Shown: piece by piece, positions 13,484-26,975 of the stretch
Layout of the letters: every line of letters starts with the position of its first letter
Numbering within the stretch: position 1 is the first letter of the stretch
Origin: Lytechinus pictus
Lineage: Eukaryota
DNA: 64,000 nucleotides
NCBI RefSeq assembly: GCF_037042905.1
Contig: NC_087252.1
Span: 16,680,001 to 16,744,000, forward strand
Direction: 5' to 3'
Program-made: the position numbers and the translations under genes
The notes under the pieces: generated by a model
Seen by the model: only the letters and a program-made list of their open reading frames with translations
Database searches by the model: none
What the model was told of the DNA's origin: nothing

Positions 13484-13795
13484 TGATTTGATTTGATTTA
13501 TTTATTTCCACATTCCAATAACAAAAGCATATACAAGTGTAATAATTTTTTTCTTAGCATAACAAAATAAGCAAATGATATAATTAATAACATATGCATA
13601 TATACAATCTTATTGAAATATATTTATACCTGATAAATTTCTTTTTTTATTGTAAAAAAAAATAGCACAAAAAGTATGTATATACATATATCAACATAAT
13701 ACATTTTGAAATGTGGGAGACCTTCATCTTAAGCTTAGAGCTTGAAATTGATAAAGGCCTCAAAAGGAAAGGGGAAAGAAAATCAGACAAACAGT
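13484..13795 (-). mobile_element. 3' tail fragment of a CR1/L2-group LINE inside the Academ-like element (also at ~43680-43992, plus strand)
   Basis: Ends in AATAAATAAATCAAATCAAATCAA short-repeat tail, sits at the equivalent position in both copies, and is flanked by approximate aagtattgta/aagtaatata direct repeats in copy 2. Confidence 0.5.
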
Positions 13796-14514
13796 GCAAT
13801 ACTTCGTCCATAGATCACAATTACTTGCAGTTTATCGACCATTTTGTGAAATATTAATTTTCCCTATTCATATTGTACATAATAGGGTATACAGAGGTCT
13901 GCGGCGGCCATTTCGAATATCAAAAAAAAAAATATTTTATAAAAAAAAATATTTTTTTCAGAGAGTATTTCACTCCTGCAACACAAATAAATACATGTTA
14001 TAGCCAATTTGCTGGCAATGTTATGATTTTTGTAATTTGCATATTTTGGCGGCCATATTGGATTTTGCCAATTTGCGGAAAATGCTCAAGGTTACACAAG
14101 TGGCATCATTCAGATTCGTAATCAGCACCCTCGAATAGACAAGAAACCATCAAAATATATTGTATATATGAAAAAACAAGGTTATGCCTCTTCTATCCTG
14201 GACTAATAATGGCAAAAGACGAATGAGAAAGGCATACTCCTGAATGTTCGGATAGAACAAATTTTAGCAGTGGTGAACCATTGTGTGTAAACGACGACTC
14301 GCCCCCCCCCCCAAACTTTGTCAGACCAGGGCCACGTTTTACAAAGAATTGCGATTGATCCGATCAATCTCAAGTATTACGGAAATCCATCAATGTCATA
14401 TCTTTTTTCTTCAGGAAATTTGCTCAATGTCATTTTAAAAAACAAATAGAAGCATAATGAATTGTCGAGTAAACAGTGAATGTATGAATATATAATACGA
14501 CATTAATGGTTCTA

Positions 14515-14920
14515 GGACAATTACCCCCGGACAATTACCCTCCGGACAACTACCCCCGGACAATTACTCCCCGAGAACAATTACCCCCCGAACAACTACC
14601 CCACGGACAATAACCCCCTGAGGACAGTTACTCCCCGAGGACAATTACCCCCCGGAGAATAACCCCTCGGACAATTACCCCCCGGACAATTACCCCCAGG
14701 ACAATTACCCCAGGACATTTATCCCCCGAACAATTTCCCCCTGGACAATTACCCCCCGGACAATTACCCCCCGAACAAATACCCCCGATCAATTACCCCC
14801 CGGACAATTACCCCCGGACAATTACCCCCGATGCCAATTACCCCCGGACAATTACCCCCGAGGACAATTACCCCCTGGACAATAACCCCCGAGGACAATT
14901 ATCCCCAGATAATCCCCCCT
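14515..14920. repeat. Minisatellite of ~13-16-bp unit GGACAATTACCCC(CC)
   Basis: More than 25 tandem degenerate copies directly visible. Confidence 0.95.
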
Positions 14921-16059
14921 TCTCTCCAGCATCAATGTTATAATTAAGCGGGACCCATTGTAAGTTTTGGTCGGTGGCACAGGCTTTCGAAATATTTTCT
15001 ACTTTATCTTACGTTAATAACCTTTTCTTTCTCTTTTATATTGCTCTTTCTCCTGTTCTCTCACTTTCTTCTTTTTCCCTTTTTTGTTTAGCGGCACCTT
15101 CTGCATCATGTCAAATGTGGGGGGGGGGGGGGGCTTGCATCCGAAACCTCCCATTTGGCTATGCATACATACATCAGAAAATGTGTTAACTGGCCCTCAT
15201 GCTAAGTTTTCATAGAACAATTGAACACGATTCGTCATAATAATCACAAATGCTGAATATCTCTGATTCCAACTGATCTGATTTTCAAAAATATTTATTT
15301 TGGGTTTAATTTCAGGAAAGAAATCAGGCAAAAAGATAAAACTTAAAAAACGACACCTTCATAGGTAAAAATAATGAAAGTCGATATAAACGCAATTATC
15401 AACACTAACACTGTCAAGTAGGACCTATAACTATAAACCTGTTATTTTAAAACAATTCAACAAACAAGAAGCTAAGAATTATGAAACAATTTGTGCACAT
15501 TCCAGATTAAGATGTGACTTTATAACATAATACAGTAAGCTAAAAACTTTATGCAAAGATAATACACACACGAACACCTTGTAATTTTACCATTTAGGCA
15601 CTAAAAAAATGGTAAAATTACAAGGTGTTTTTGTGAGTATTATTCTTGGGTGAAAGCAATTAAACATTAAGAAGGAAATTCAGTACCAAAATTACTAAAT
15701 TGTATTAACAATATGACATCATAAATAATACAATGTATTTTTTTATACAAATGAACAGATTTTATACAGATTTTAAGGACGGTTTGTAAAAAATTATACA
15801 GAAGTAGGCCTATGCAAATCAAATAATGCGACCGAGCAGCGTGAGCTGAAAATATTGATATTCAGACCATAAATCGGACATTTCACAGAGCACTTGAAAA
15901 AATGAATTTGTAAATTTTAAAATAATGAGAGCTCGATATCCGAGACTTCAAAACTTGATATTTTAAGCTCCATATCAGCCTACATTAAGCAAGATATGAC
16001 CGTCATCGAAAAGGCAATGCGAGCGGGAAGCGTGAGCGAAAACTATATATACATGTACT

Positions 16060-17409
16060 CTATTAAACACACGAGATGAAAGTCGTAATTCTAAAATAAA
16101 AACTGGCAAAGACTGGCAACAAATTTATAATTCTGAAGATGTGAATGAGGCTTACGATAATTTCATTGATATTTTAAAGGATAAATTTGATATTTGTATA
16201 CCATTTAGAGAACGAGTGAGTAACTATAAAAAAAATATACCCTAGATCTCCATGGGTAACTAAATAAACCGGAAAAATAATATGTTTTATAAATACAAAA
16301 CTAAATCCAAATAATAAGACTCGTGAAAAATACACTCGACATAAAAATATTTTTATCAATTTACTACGGCAAGCGAAAAACATTATTATGCTATGCAATT
16401 TGAGCTTAATAAAAATAACATGAGAAACACATGGAAAATAATTAACAGAACATTAAACAGAACGCAAAAAAATATCAAAATTAAATCAGAGACTAACGAT
16501 CTTATTGAAGAACCTTAAGCTATAGCTGAAACTTTTAACTCTTACTTCTCTCAAATTGGAGAAATACTTGCAGAAAATATTCCGACAACTGGCAGTAAAT
16601 TTGATAATTATCTGGGGAATAATAACCCATCTTCTTTGTTTTTTGTCCCTACTGACCTTGAGGAAATTATCGGTATAGTGAATAGGTTAGAAGGAAAGAA
16701 AAGTTCAGGACACGACGAGATTGATAACTGTCTCCTAAAATCCATAATCTTAACAATAGCGACTCCGCTGGCCCACATTTTTAACCTATCACTCACTAGT
16801 GGCATTGTACAAAATAACATTAAAATTGCGAAAGTAATCCCAATATTTAAAAAAGGATACACATCTGAAACAAAAAATTACAAACCAATATCACTGTTAC
16901 CATCATTATCCAAAGTTCTGGAAAGGATCGTATTTATTAGAGTGACAGACTTTTTAAACAAACACAATATTTTTTTGCGAATCACAGTTTTACTTTCGAG
17001 CAAATCACAATACAATTACTCAAGCGGTATTGAAATGCATCGATACATTATCACATGCCGTTGATCAACATTTACATACAATTGCAATATTCCTGGACTT
17101 TTCCAAGGCTTTCGATACAATTAACCATGATATCCTATTAGTAAAATTGTCACACTATGGTGTTAGAGGGAAAGCCTTGGAATTGTTCAGGAATTATTTA
17201 TCGAATAGAAAACAATTTGTACAAATAGATAATCATAGTTCTGAATTGCGACCAATAAATTGTGGAGTTCCACAGGGTAGTATACTGGGTCCCTTGTTAT
17301 TTATTATATACATAAATGACTTTTATAAATCTTCAGATATATCTTTCATTTTATTTGCAGACGATTCGACCTTATTTTATTCTCATGCGAACCAAAATAC
17401 ACTACTATC
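16060..17409 (+). pseudogene. CR1/L2-group (Crack-like) LINE ORF2 reverse transcriptase, 5' part, frameshifted
   Basis: ORFs 16636-17064 and 17030-17473 contain KIAKVIPIFKKG, NYKPISLLPSLSKVLE, FLDFSKAFDTINH, GVPQGSILGPLLFIIYIND and FADD; stops and frameshifts present. Confidence 0.92.
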
Positions 17410-17993
17410 CGCATACATTCGTAATTCCGAAGCTTCGTTATTCCGAAGGTTCGGATATTCCGAAGGTTCGTAATATTCCGAAGGTTCGTTAATCCGAAAA
17501 CGAAATGAGGTTCGTAATTCCGAAGGTTCGTTAGTCCGAAAACAAAATGAGGTTCGTATTAATACCGAAGGTTCGTTAATCCGAAAACGAAATGAGGTTC
17601 GTTAATCCGAAGGTTATTTAGTCCGAAAACGAAATAAGGTTCGTTAATCCAAAGGTTCGTAAGTCTGAAAACGAAATAAAGTTCGTTAATCCGAAAATTA
17701 AATAAGGTTCGTATTTCCGAAAGTGAAATTGATTCATTTTGGTAAAAAGAACGGTGTTGTCCTTACAAGAAAACATGATATCATGCAATAATAAAATGAC
17801 AAACGATGATACATGTGTGTTTTGTGGCCAAGCATGTATTGCATTAAGAATAGGCGCCCGGATCAAGCATACGCTTAATTTCAATTTTATCTGAGCAATT
17901 GCTGCCCAAGCAAATGGTTTAAAGATGCAGGGTAGCGTGCGAGTAACCTCCAGATAATAGGATTTATATTGGAGGGGATGTCATTTTTAATAA

Positions 17994-20900
17994 TAGTTCA
18001 GTAGATATGTGAAAAAGATGCTCGAATCTGGCAGAAAGTGTGAAATTTGGCATACAGGGGTATTTTTGGGCGCTGATTTCAAAAATTGCCGGCCCCAAGC
18101 GATTTGACCATCGGGTCGGCCGCCATTTTGAAATCCAAGATGGCCGCCATGAAAAATCATTAAATGTCAATTTCTTGAGTTTTACATGACATGTGACACT
18201 GAAATTTGGCATATAGGGGTATTTTGAGGCACTTATTTCAAATATTGCCGGCCCCCAGCAATTTGACCATTTGGTCGGCGGCTAAATAGCCGCCATCTTG
18301 AAATCCAAGATGGCCGCCATGATATATTATTGCAATCATTTTCTCGAGTTTTATAGGAACTGCGCTATTGAAATTTGGCATATAGGCTTAATTTGGGGTG
18401 CTGATTTCAAATATTGCCAGCCCCAAGTGATTTGACCATCGGGTCGGCCGCCATTTTGAAATCCAAGATGGCCGCCATGAGAAATCATTAATGTCACTTT
18501 CTTGAGTTTTACATGACGTGTGACACTGAAATTTGGTATGTTGGGGTATTTTTAGGAACAGATTTCAAATATTGCCGGCCCCCAGCAATTTGACCATTTG
18601 GTCGGCGGCTAAATGGCCGCCATTTTGAAATCCAAGATGGCCGCCATGAAAAATCATTAAGTGTCATTTTCTTGAGTTTTACATGATATGTGACACTGAA
18701 ATTTGGCATTTAGGCTTAATTCGGGGTGCTGAATTCAAATATTGCCGGCCCCAAGTGATTTGACCATTGGGTCGGCCGCCATTTTGAAATCCAAGATGGC
18801 CGCCATGAAAATTCATTAAATGTCATTTTCTTGAGTTTTACATGATATGTGACACTAAAATTTGGCATATAGGGGTATTTTGAGGCACTGATTTCAAATA
18901 TTGCCGGCCCCCAGCAATTTGACCTCCAGGTCAGCGGCAAAACGGCCACAATCTTAAAATCCAAGATGGCCGCCATGAAAAATCGTTGCAATAATTTCTC
19001 TAGTTTTGTATGAGCTATGGTATTGACATTTAGCATATACAGTGTAGGTGTAGTTTAGGGCCCCTTTTTCAAATAGTCTTACTCTTACCGCCAGGTCAGC
19101 CGCCATCTTGAAATCTAAGATAGCCGCCATGAAAATCACTAAAAATCATTTTCTTTTGTTTTAAATGTGCTCTGAACTTTGGCAAATAGAGTACCTATTT
19201 TTGGGTGCTGATTTCAAATATTGCCAGCCACAAGTGATCTGACCATCAGTTCAGCGGCAAGATGGCTGCCATAAAAAACCATATCAAAATAATTTTCTTG
19301 GATTTTACATTATATACGACACCAAACTTTGGCATACAGAAGTACGTGGCACTGATTTTTGCCGGCCACCAGCAATGTAACCACCGGTTTCGGCAAAATG
19401 ACCGCCATGAAATAAAAGCAATGATAAATGTCTTGAGTTTTATATGAACTCTGGCCCTGAAAGTTGTCATATAGGCATATATTTAGGCACTGATTATTGT
19501 CAGACCCCTGTTTGGTTGCCATTTTGAAATACAAGATGGCCGCCATGAAAAATAATTTGCTCAAGTCTTACGTATGGCCTTTAACACTTTGAATTTGGAG
19601 AAAAACTTGATCTTTGCATCCTTGATCAATGAAAAAAACATAATAAATAGATGCTATTTTGAATTCCAATATGGTTACCAAGTTTGAGTAAAACCCATTG
19701 TATTGGCACTGAAAACAAATCCAACACAACCACATCTTTGTCCGTTGCAAGGATAGCTTTGGCACCCTTAATTGATGATATAGATGTTACGTAAGTATGA
19801 AGCACCATGAATACACAAACCAGCTAGCTTCTTCTGCAGTTACACATTTGAAGTGGCTTTGGTTGAATAATAACCATCTGGAACAATCATTTTCTGTTGA
19901 GAGGCTGTAAATTATTTCTTTGAGTTTTATATGATCTGCAGTATTGCACTTTGACATATTGACGTAGTGCGGGGTGCTTATTTCAAATATTGCTGGCCCT
20001 CAGCGATCTGATCCCCTGAGTCAGAAGCAAAATGTCAGCCATCTTGAAATCCAAGATGGCTGCCATTAAAAAAGATCATTGAAAAAAAATCACTTTATCT
20101 AGTATCACGTAATGTATTATTTTAAAATTTGGCATCTAGGGATATTGAAATTACCCCCAGTAACCTGTCCAATAGATATGCTGCAAAATGGCCACCATCT
20201 TGAACTCTAGAGAGGATCGACTGTCAAGAAAATTCATTAAAATCATTTTCTTGGTTTTAAATAATTTGAGGCATTGCATTTTAGACATACAGGCAGGTTT
20301 CTGGCCTGCTGGTTTCAGAATATTGCTCCAATAATTGTGATATTTTATTACAAATCGACATGAAGAAAACTGATCCAGACTTGAAGTACTGATGGTTATA
20401 TAGTGGTATGATGATGATGATGATGATGAAATTAATATTAAATGATGGATGATAATAATAAATATTTTATTGTTCAAAATAGAATTCAGTAACATAAATG
20501 CTCCGAAAATTTATTTTGCCCATACCCTGTGGATCGTGAGCCCGGCAGCAACTTAGCAGCGCCACATTGGACTTTGCTCTATCCCTTAAAAAGGGAAGTT
20601 CACCCCGGAGAAAAGTTTGTTGTAAAAACACAAGAAAATATGATATAAAAAAGATATTGGTAAATCCATCAAAGATATTAAAATTTTAAGTTTTTGATTT
20701 GTGACGTCATATACTGTACAAGCAGCTGCCCCATTACGTTGTGTGATATAAAATGCATAATTGGTTCATCATGGGTAATTTTTTTCTTTCTGGAGCGGGT
20801 GTGAAATCATTTGTTTGTTGATATACTGAGGGTTCAATAAAAAACATTTTCATTTTTTTTTGGAGGCTACATTTCATTGATTTTTGTACTATAAGAAACA

Positions 20901-23900
20901 TGGGGGAACTGCTTGCATCTGACGTCACAAATACACCAAATGAAATTCCAATAGCTTTATAAATATTTGATGGAATTTCCTCAAACCTTCAATATTTTTT
21001 TCATTATTTATTCTGTTATTGTTTCAATAAACGTTTTGTCAGGGTGAACTTCCCCTTTAATTCGTTGACCGCCAAACAGGGTAGAAGCAGCTCCGCCTCT
21101 TTTAACATCTTTTGGTCTGATGCTGTCGAAGCTTGATCTCCCGATTGTGAGGCGAACATGCTCCCATTGTCAGATTGTCGAACACACGATGGTTATCAAT
21201 TGAATCGTTCCAAAGTAATTCCTGGAGATCTGTAAGATTCACTGTCAACCGTCTAGCATATAAATGATTGATAATGATAGCAATAATAAATGGATTACCA
21301 TCAGTTATACCATACATGAATTTTGATTCGTGCTATCATATTGTAATTATTTTCCCCCACAATAATCAATATTTAGAACTAAGCTAGGTAATCATGTCCT
21401 TTGTGTCATGATGGGTCATATGGGAATTTAAAATTGCAGATAAAGTGTGTTATGTGTTGTATGTTCATTATCTATCCATATTTGAAATTAACATACAATA
21501 CATGTTTTTGCTTCATAATACCTATTTACAGTGTCACAGGTAATGCAGAATTCAGGAAAACATTTTTGAAAGATATTTCGTAGTAGCCATCTTATATTTC
21601 AAAGTGGCGGTCATTTTCAGCTGACCCGGTGGATCAATCACTGGGACAGCAATATTCTAAAACCAGCAGGCCAAAACCTGCCTGTATGTCTAAAATGCAG
21701 TGCCTCAAATTATCTAGAACTCAAGAAAATGATTTTAATTAATTTTCATGACAGTCGATCCTCTCTAGATTTCAAGCTGGTGGCCATTTTGCAGCATATC
21801 TATTGGACAGATTACTGGGGGGAAATTTCAATACCCCAAGATGCTAAATTTCAAAATAATACCTACGATATAATTATGATACTTGATTTTTTTAATGATT
21901 TTTTTATGGCAGCCATCTTGCATTTCAAGATGGCTGCCATTTTGCAGCTGAGGTATCTCGGGCCTAAAACATTTCCCATAGACTCGTGTGTAAAATAGGC
22001 GCTCTAAAAAAAATAAGGATGAAATTCGAGAATTGAATGTTTACTACCTGTCGAGTGGATAGGATATATGTCTGACATTCCATATCTGACCAGAAAAGGG
22101 TACCTCGTCCAGCTCATTTTAAAAATAAATCGGCATTTATGAAGACTACACCTGACAGGATCAAATTCATCACTTGAGAATGTAAAATGGCAATACTTCT
22201 CCCGCCAGTATAAAAATAGTTCCAAAGTGGTGATATTTCTTCCCAATTTGAAAAAAAGGAAGTTCAGTAAATTTACCCTCCCTAGAATCAGTGTTAGAAT
22301 ATCAATCACATTCATTCATTTTTGTCAATCAGCAATATCAAAATTAAAAATTGAGAATTAAATGGGTTGGCTCGAATGAATATCTTTGGCCCGTATAACC
22401 CCGAATCAGGGGATCAGACCGCTGAGGGCCAGCAATATTTGAAATAAGCTCCCCACACTACTTCTATATGTCAAAGTGCAATACCGCAGATCATATAAAA
22501 CTCAACGAAATAATTGCAATATTTCTATGGCAGCCAGCTTCGAATTCAAGATGATGGCCATTTTTCCGCCGACCAATAAGCCTGTTCACGGTTGTAAACT
22601 GCGCACGAGCAGAAAAAGGTCATTGGAGACAACCATGAAGGTGGCTTCAAATTCACTGACATAGGCATTTGTGATTTGATGATTATTCATGTATTCCTTT
22701 CAAAATATTTATCACATCCAAGCTGAAGAGTAATAAATAGAGCTTTCATAATCACTGGTATTTGACAGTAGCCTAAACAATAGCCAAATGTGCCAAAGGC
22801 AGACAATAAAACAGATTTCCAAACTTTATCCCTGATGTACTATTCTAGTCACCTGGTCTATACAATGCCTTTTGTTCTTAGAATTTGAATACTCTACCGG
22901 TAAAGCTTACGCAACATCTACATTTGAAAATGATAGTGCTTATCCTAATGAAAAATCACAAAGGTCATTTGAGAAAAGTTGATCATAAGCTAACCGTGAA
23001 CTGGCTTATTGTCAGATTGCTTGAAGCCAGCAATTTTTTTAATGAACTCACCCAGATACCGATATACTACAAATTTCAGTGGCACATATTATGTAAAATT
23101 CAAGAAAATGAGTTCAATGATTTTTCATGGTGGCCATCTTAGATTTCAAATGGCGGCTGACCCGATGGCTCAATCGCTTTAGGCCAGCAATATTCGAAAT
23201 CAGCACCCCAAATTAAGCCTATATGCCAAATTTCAGTCTCACATATCATGTAAAACTCAAGAAAATGACATTTAATGATTTTTCATGGCGGCCATCTTGT
23301 ATTTCAAAATGGCGGCCATTTAGCCGCTGACCAAGTGGTCAAATTGCTGGGGGCCGGCAATATTTGAAATCAGTGCCTAAAAATACCCCAACATACCAAA
23401 TTTCAGTGTCACACATCGTGTAAAACTCAAGAAAATGACATTAATGATTTCTCATGGCGGCCATCTTGGATTTCAAAATGGCGGCCGACCCGATGGTCAA
23501 ATCACTTGGGGCCGGCAATATTTGAAATCAGCACCCCAAATTAAGCCTATATGCCAAATTTCAATACCGCAGTTCATATAAAACTCGAGAAAATGATTGC
23601 AATAATATATCATGGCGGCCATCTTGGATTTCAAGATGGCGGCCATTTAGCCGCCGACCAAATGGTCAATTTGCTGGGGGCCGGCAATATTTGAGATCAG
23701 TGCCTTAAAATACCCCTATATGCCAAATTTCAGTGTCACATGCCATGTAAAACTCAAGAAATTGACATTTTATGATTTTTCATGGCGGCCATCTTGGATT
23801 TCAAAATGGCGGCCGACCCGATGGTCAAATCGCTTGGGGCCGGCAATTTTTGAAATCAGCGCCCAAAAATACCCCTGTATGCCAAATTTTACACTTTCTG

Positions 23901-23948
23901 CCAGATTCGAGCATCTTGGCCATTTTTTGTCACATAACCGCTCCACTA
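17994..23948. mobile_element. Academ-like foldback element with ~120-bp tandem subrepeats in its long inverted arms
   Basis: Termini TAGT..ACTA, TSD TAA on both sides. Arms 17994-~19300 and ~23040-23948 are reverse complements; inner arms ~19910-20335 match ~21645-21950 and ~22410-22560. Confidence 0.82.
20590..21056. mobile_element. Kolobok-like MITE
   Basis: TTAA|AAAGGGAAGTTCACCC..GGGTGAACTTCCCCT|TTAA: TTAA TSD with purine-starting TIR. Confidence 0.7.
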
Positions 23949-24125
23949 TAAGAGCTTCTGCTGGTAATAAAAATAAAAATAATACTAATGATGATCATGA
24001 TAATCCCAAACGATGATCATAATAAAAATATATAATAAAGATAAAGAATATAAATGTTGATAAAATTTTATTGATCGTTATGCCTAGTGTTAACAATGTC
24101 AATCCTTTTTTCATTACAAAAAATG

Positions 24126-24440
24126 TGTGGCGTTGTGGACCAGTGGATTAGTCTTCTGACTATGAAACAGAGGGTCGTAGGTTCGAATCCCAGCCATGGC
24201 ATAATTTCCCTTTACAAGACATTTATCCACACTGCTGCACTCAACCCGGGTGAGGTGAATGGGTACCCGGTAGGAAGAAATTAATTAAATGCCTTCCTTT
24301 GGGCGCCTAGGCAGCCCAGCTAAAGCCGGGGTAATAGCAGGGTCCGCTGGGAGAATAGTTTTCAGAACTGAAGTGGCTTCCCTTGGTAGATAATACCAAT
24401 ATTATTATTATCATCATTATTATTATTATCATTATTAATA
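24126..24440 (+). mobile_element. tRNA-derived SINE
   Basis: A box TGGACCAGTGG, B box GGTTCGAATCC, central CAAGACATTT..AATGGGTACC motif and (ATT)n tail. Confidence 0.85.
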
Positions 24441-25613
24441 TGTCTTATTAGGCCTACATGAAATTTCCAAAGTTTGAGCTCGTGATTCGCTCGCAATATC
24501 TCACAAGGATGCCCTTTGAACAGTAATTAGGTCCATAATTGACCAAAAAGCGATTTTTACAACTTCACATTTGATTTTTTTTTCCAAACCGCTTGCTCAC
24601 GAAAAAAAAACCTGAATATATATCTTATCAATCAAAAACTTAATTACGACAAAAAAAAAAAACTTTACACAGATGATAATCTCATGGTGAAACTATCCAT
24701 TTGCACCAAAATGCCCGTTTTGGCATATAAGTGCACCTTTTTTGGCTTTGCCCCCCCCCCCCCCCAAAGGAAAATACATTTCGCCGTCCCTGGTTGAAAC
24801 ATGTATCGTCTTCATGGCTAACTGCAAAAATTCCTTAACATGTCCCTTTTAGATCAGGTCAGAGCTTATATTTAAAAAATTAAATTGGCGAAAGTTGGAT
24901 CCGCCGGGGGGAGGGGGCACTATGCTATTTGCTATTTTTTCAAAATAAATAGGCCTACTCTTTTTAAAGTACACATTTTAGATTAATTTTCAGGCTGGAA
25001 TATTACAATTTTTTTGGCTCGCGCTTCGCACTCGCATTATTCGATTGGTAAAATAATTAAGTATCCTAAAGAGGTCACTCAATGCAGTCCTTAACAGGTT
25101 CCTTTTTTGGTCTGTATATTTAAGCTAGCGCTATGCGCTCGTGTTAACTCTTTAGTTAATTCATGGACCTAAATGGTTTAATGATAGCAGAAAGTTTGAG
25201 CTTGTTATTCACGCTCGCAACATCTCGCAATAATGACATTTAACAGTAATTGACCCCCAAAACGAAAATTCATTCTGCCCTTGCCTTCCCATCTTCATAA
25301 CAATTGAACAGCAACGATGTTTCTCCCCCCCCCCCACCACCACACTTGCCCTTCCTCTGCTTTTCCCGGATTTCATTTTTCGGATGAACGAACCTCTGGA
25401 ATAAAGAACCTTATTTCGTTTTCGGATTAACGAACCTTCGGAATAACGAATCTTATTTCGTTTACGGATTAACGAACCTTATTTCGTTTTCGGAATAACG
25501 CCACAAATGTTCGGATAAACGAACCCTTTTTCGTTTTCGGATAAAAGAACATCGAGGTATAGGCAATTTACGTGTTTCGAAATTACGAACCTTCGGAAGT
25601 ACGAAGTGTAACC

Positions 25614-26975
25614 CTATTATCTACTATAAATCGTGAACTGAGACATGTTGTTGAATGGGTTAAAGTTAACAAATTATCCCTTAACATCCTGAAGACAAAC
25701 TTTATGTAATTTAGTAATACTTTGCAAAATCTACCTGGAGACATCCTTTTGGACGACACTCCTCTAAATAGGGTATCTTCAACCAAATTCTTAGGTCTAA
25801 TGATTGACGATAAATTAAAATGGAACATTCATATTCAAAATATATCCAAAACTATATCCAGGAATATTGGTGTAATGGATAAAATAAGACACATTTTTCC
25901 AAAATCAACACTTTTTACATTATATTCCTCGCTAATACTTCCGTATCTGAATTATGGAATAATGACATGGGGTAACGCCAACAAATATCTTACAAACAAA
26001 ATTTTCATTCTACAAAAGAACATTATAAGAATTATACACAATGCTCCTTCTCGTTCTAATACTAACAATTTATTTAACAAGTCGAATATTTTAAAACTTC
26101 CAGATATATTTCTTTTTCAAACAGGGCAATTCATGTACAAATTGAATTCAAATTAACTGCCAAACATATTAATCAAAATGTTTACGCAATTCACAATTAC
26201 CCAACAAGACAATCCCTCCGTTTTCACCTTCCCCGTACCCGCACTCAACTCGCACAAAAAACAATTTCCTTTTACGGTCCTAAATACTGGAATACACTCA
26301 GTCACGACATCATTAACTCCGTTAGTCTGAACTGTTTTAAAATCAAGCTAAAAAAACACATTCTCGAATCTTAGGTCCAAATTGAGCGCTCAGGACCCAA
26401 CCTCTCTCTTTCTTTCTCCCTTCTTTCCTCTTTGTCCTTCCCTTTCATCTGCCATCACCCTAATTTTTTTTTCTTCTTTCTCTTTCATCCACACAGGTGC
26501 ACCGGTCTTTCTTCTCGGTTACATTTCTTTTCACTTCCATCCATCATTTTCGTACTCCATCCATCACAATAGCATTTAAGGATTTTTTTTCTCGTTCTTG
26601 CATTTATACTTATACCTACAAACCTGTCTTTTTACTTATTCTTTGAGGAATCCACACTCAACAAGCCCTGCTTTTTAGTGGATCGCTCCATTTCCTCAAC
26701 TTTTATTTAAATAGTAAAGATGAATAAAATAAACTATATGCAAAATGCATTATCATGAATAGTCTACAGTTACTATTATGATTATCTAGTTCATTGTAAA
26801 TATCATTATTATTTTGGGTATATTGTTAAGTGTCTATTGTAAATATTTATTTATCTATGTCATATTGTCATACTGTATATACTTGTATATTCATTTATAT
26901 CTTTGTAATTATATCTTTTACGGTTATATTGATTTGAGTTGAAATGAAAATAAACCAAACTGAACTGAACTGAAA
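25614..26975 (+). pseudogene. CR1/L2-group (Crack-like) LINE, 3' part of ORF2, 3' UTR and tail
   Basis: TKFLGLMIDDKLKW, LYSSLILPYLNYGIMTWG and further C-terminal motifs; pyrimidine-rich UTR; AATAAA followed by (ACTGA)n tail at ~26950-26975. Confidence 0.88.

Larger units (their letters stand above)
6303..14205. mobile_element. Non-autonomous long-TIR DNA transposon, Academ-like, copy 1 (carries a ~4.8-kb nested insert)
   Basis: Termini TAGTTCAGGATAG..CTATCCTGGACTA, ~350-400-bp imperfect TIRs, 3-bp TSD ATA on both sides. Colinear in reverse with 43268-48540. TAG..CTA ends with 3-4-bp TSDs are the Academ signature. Confidence 0.8.
17410..25613. mobile_element. 8.2-kb composite insertion splitting the LINE; outer element with tandem-repeat TIRs and 8-bp TSD (Merlin/MULE-like)
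   Basis: TSD CTACTATC (17402-17409)/CTATTATC (25614-25621). Removing the insert rejoins the RT frame (NTLLS|TINRELRHVVEWVKVNKLSLN). Subterminal ttcgttattccgaagg arrays at 17417-17725 and inverted at ~25380-25610. Confidence 0.8.

Noticed and set aside
17417..19300. CRISPR-like repeat-spacer arrays
   Set aside because: Spacers are themselves repeated, arrays are mirrored as TIRs, the context is eukaryotic and no cas genes are present.
17964..24016. Repeated FSWRPSWISKWR peptide ORFs
   Set aside because: Incidental translations of foldback subrepeats on both strands.
24126..24200. tRNA gene
   Set aside because: A/B boxes present but pairing is imperfect and the sequence continues into a SINE body with an (ATT)n tail.
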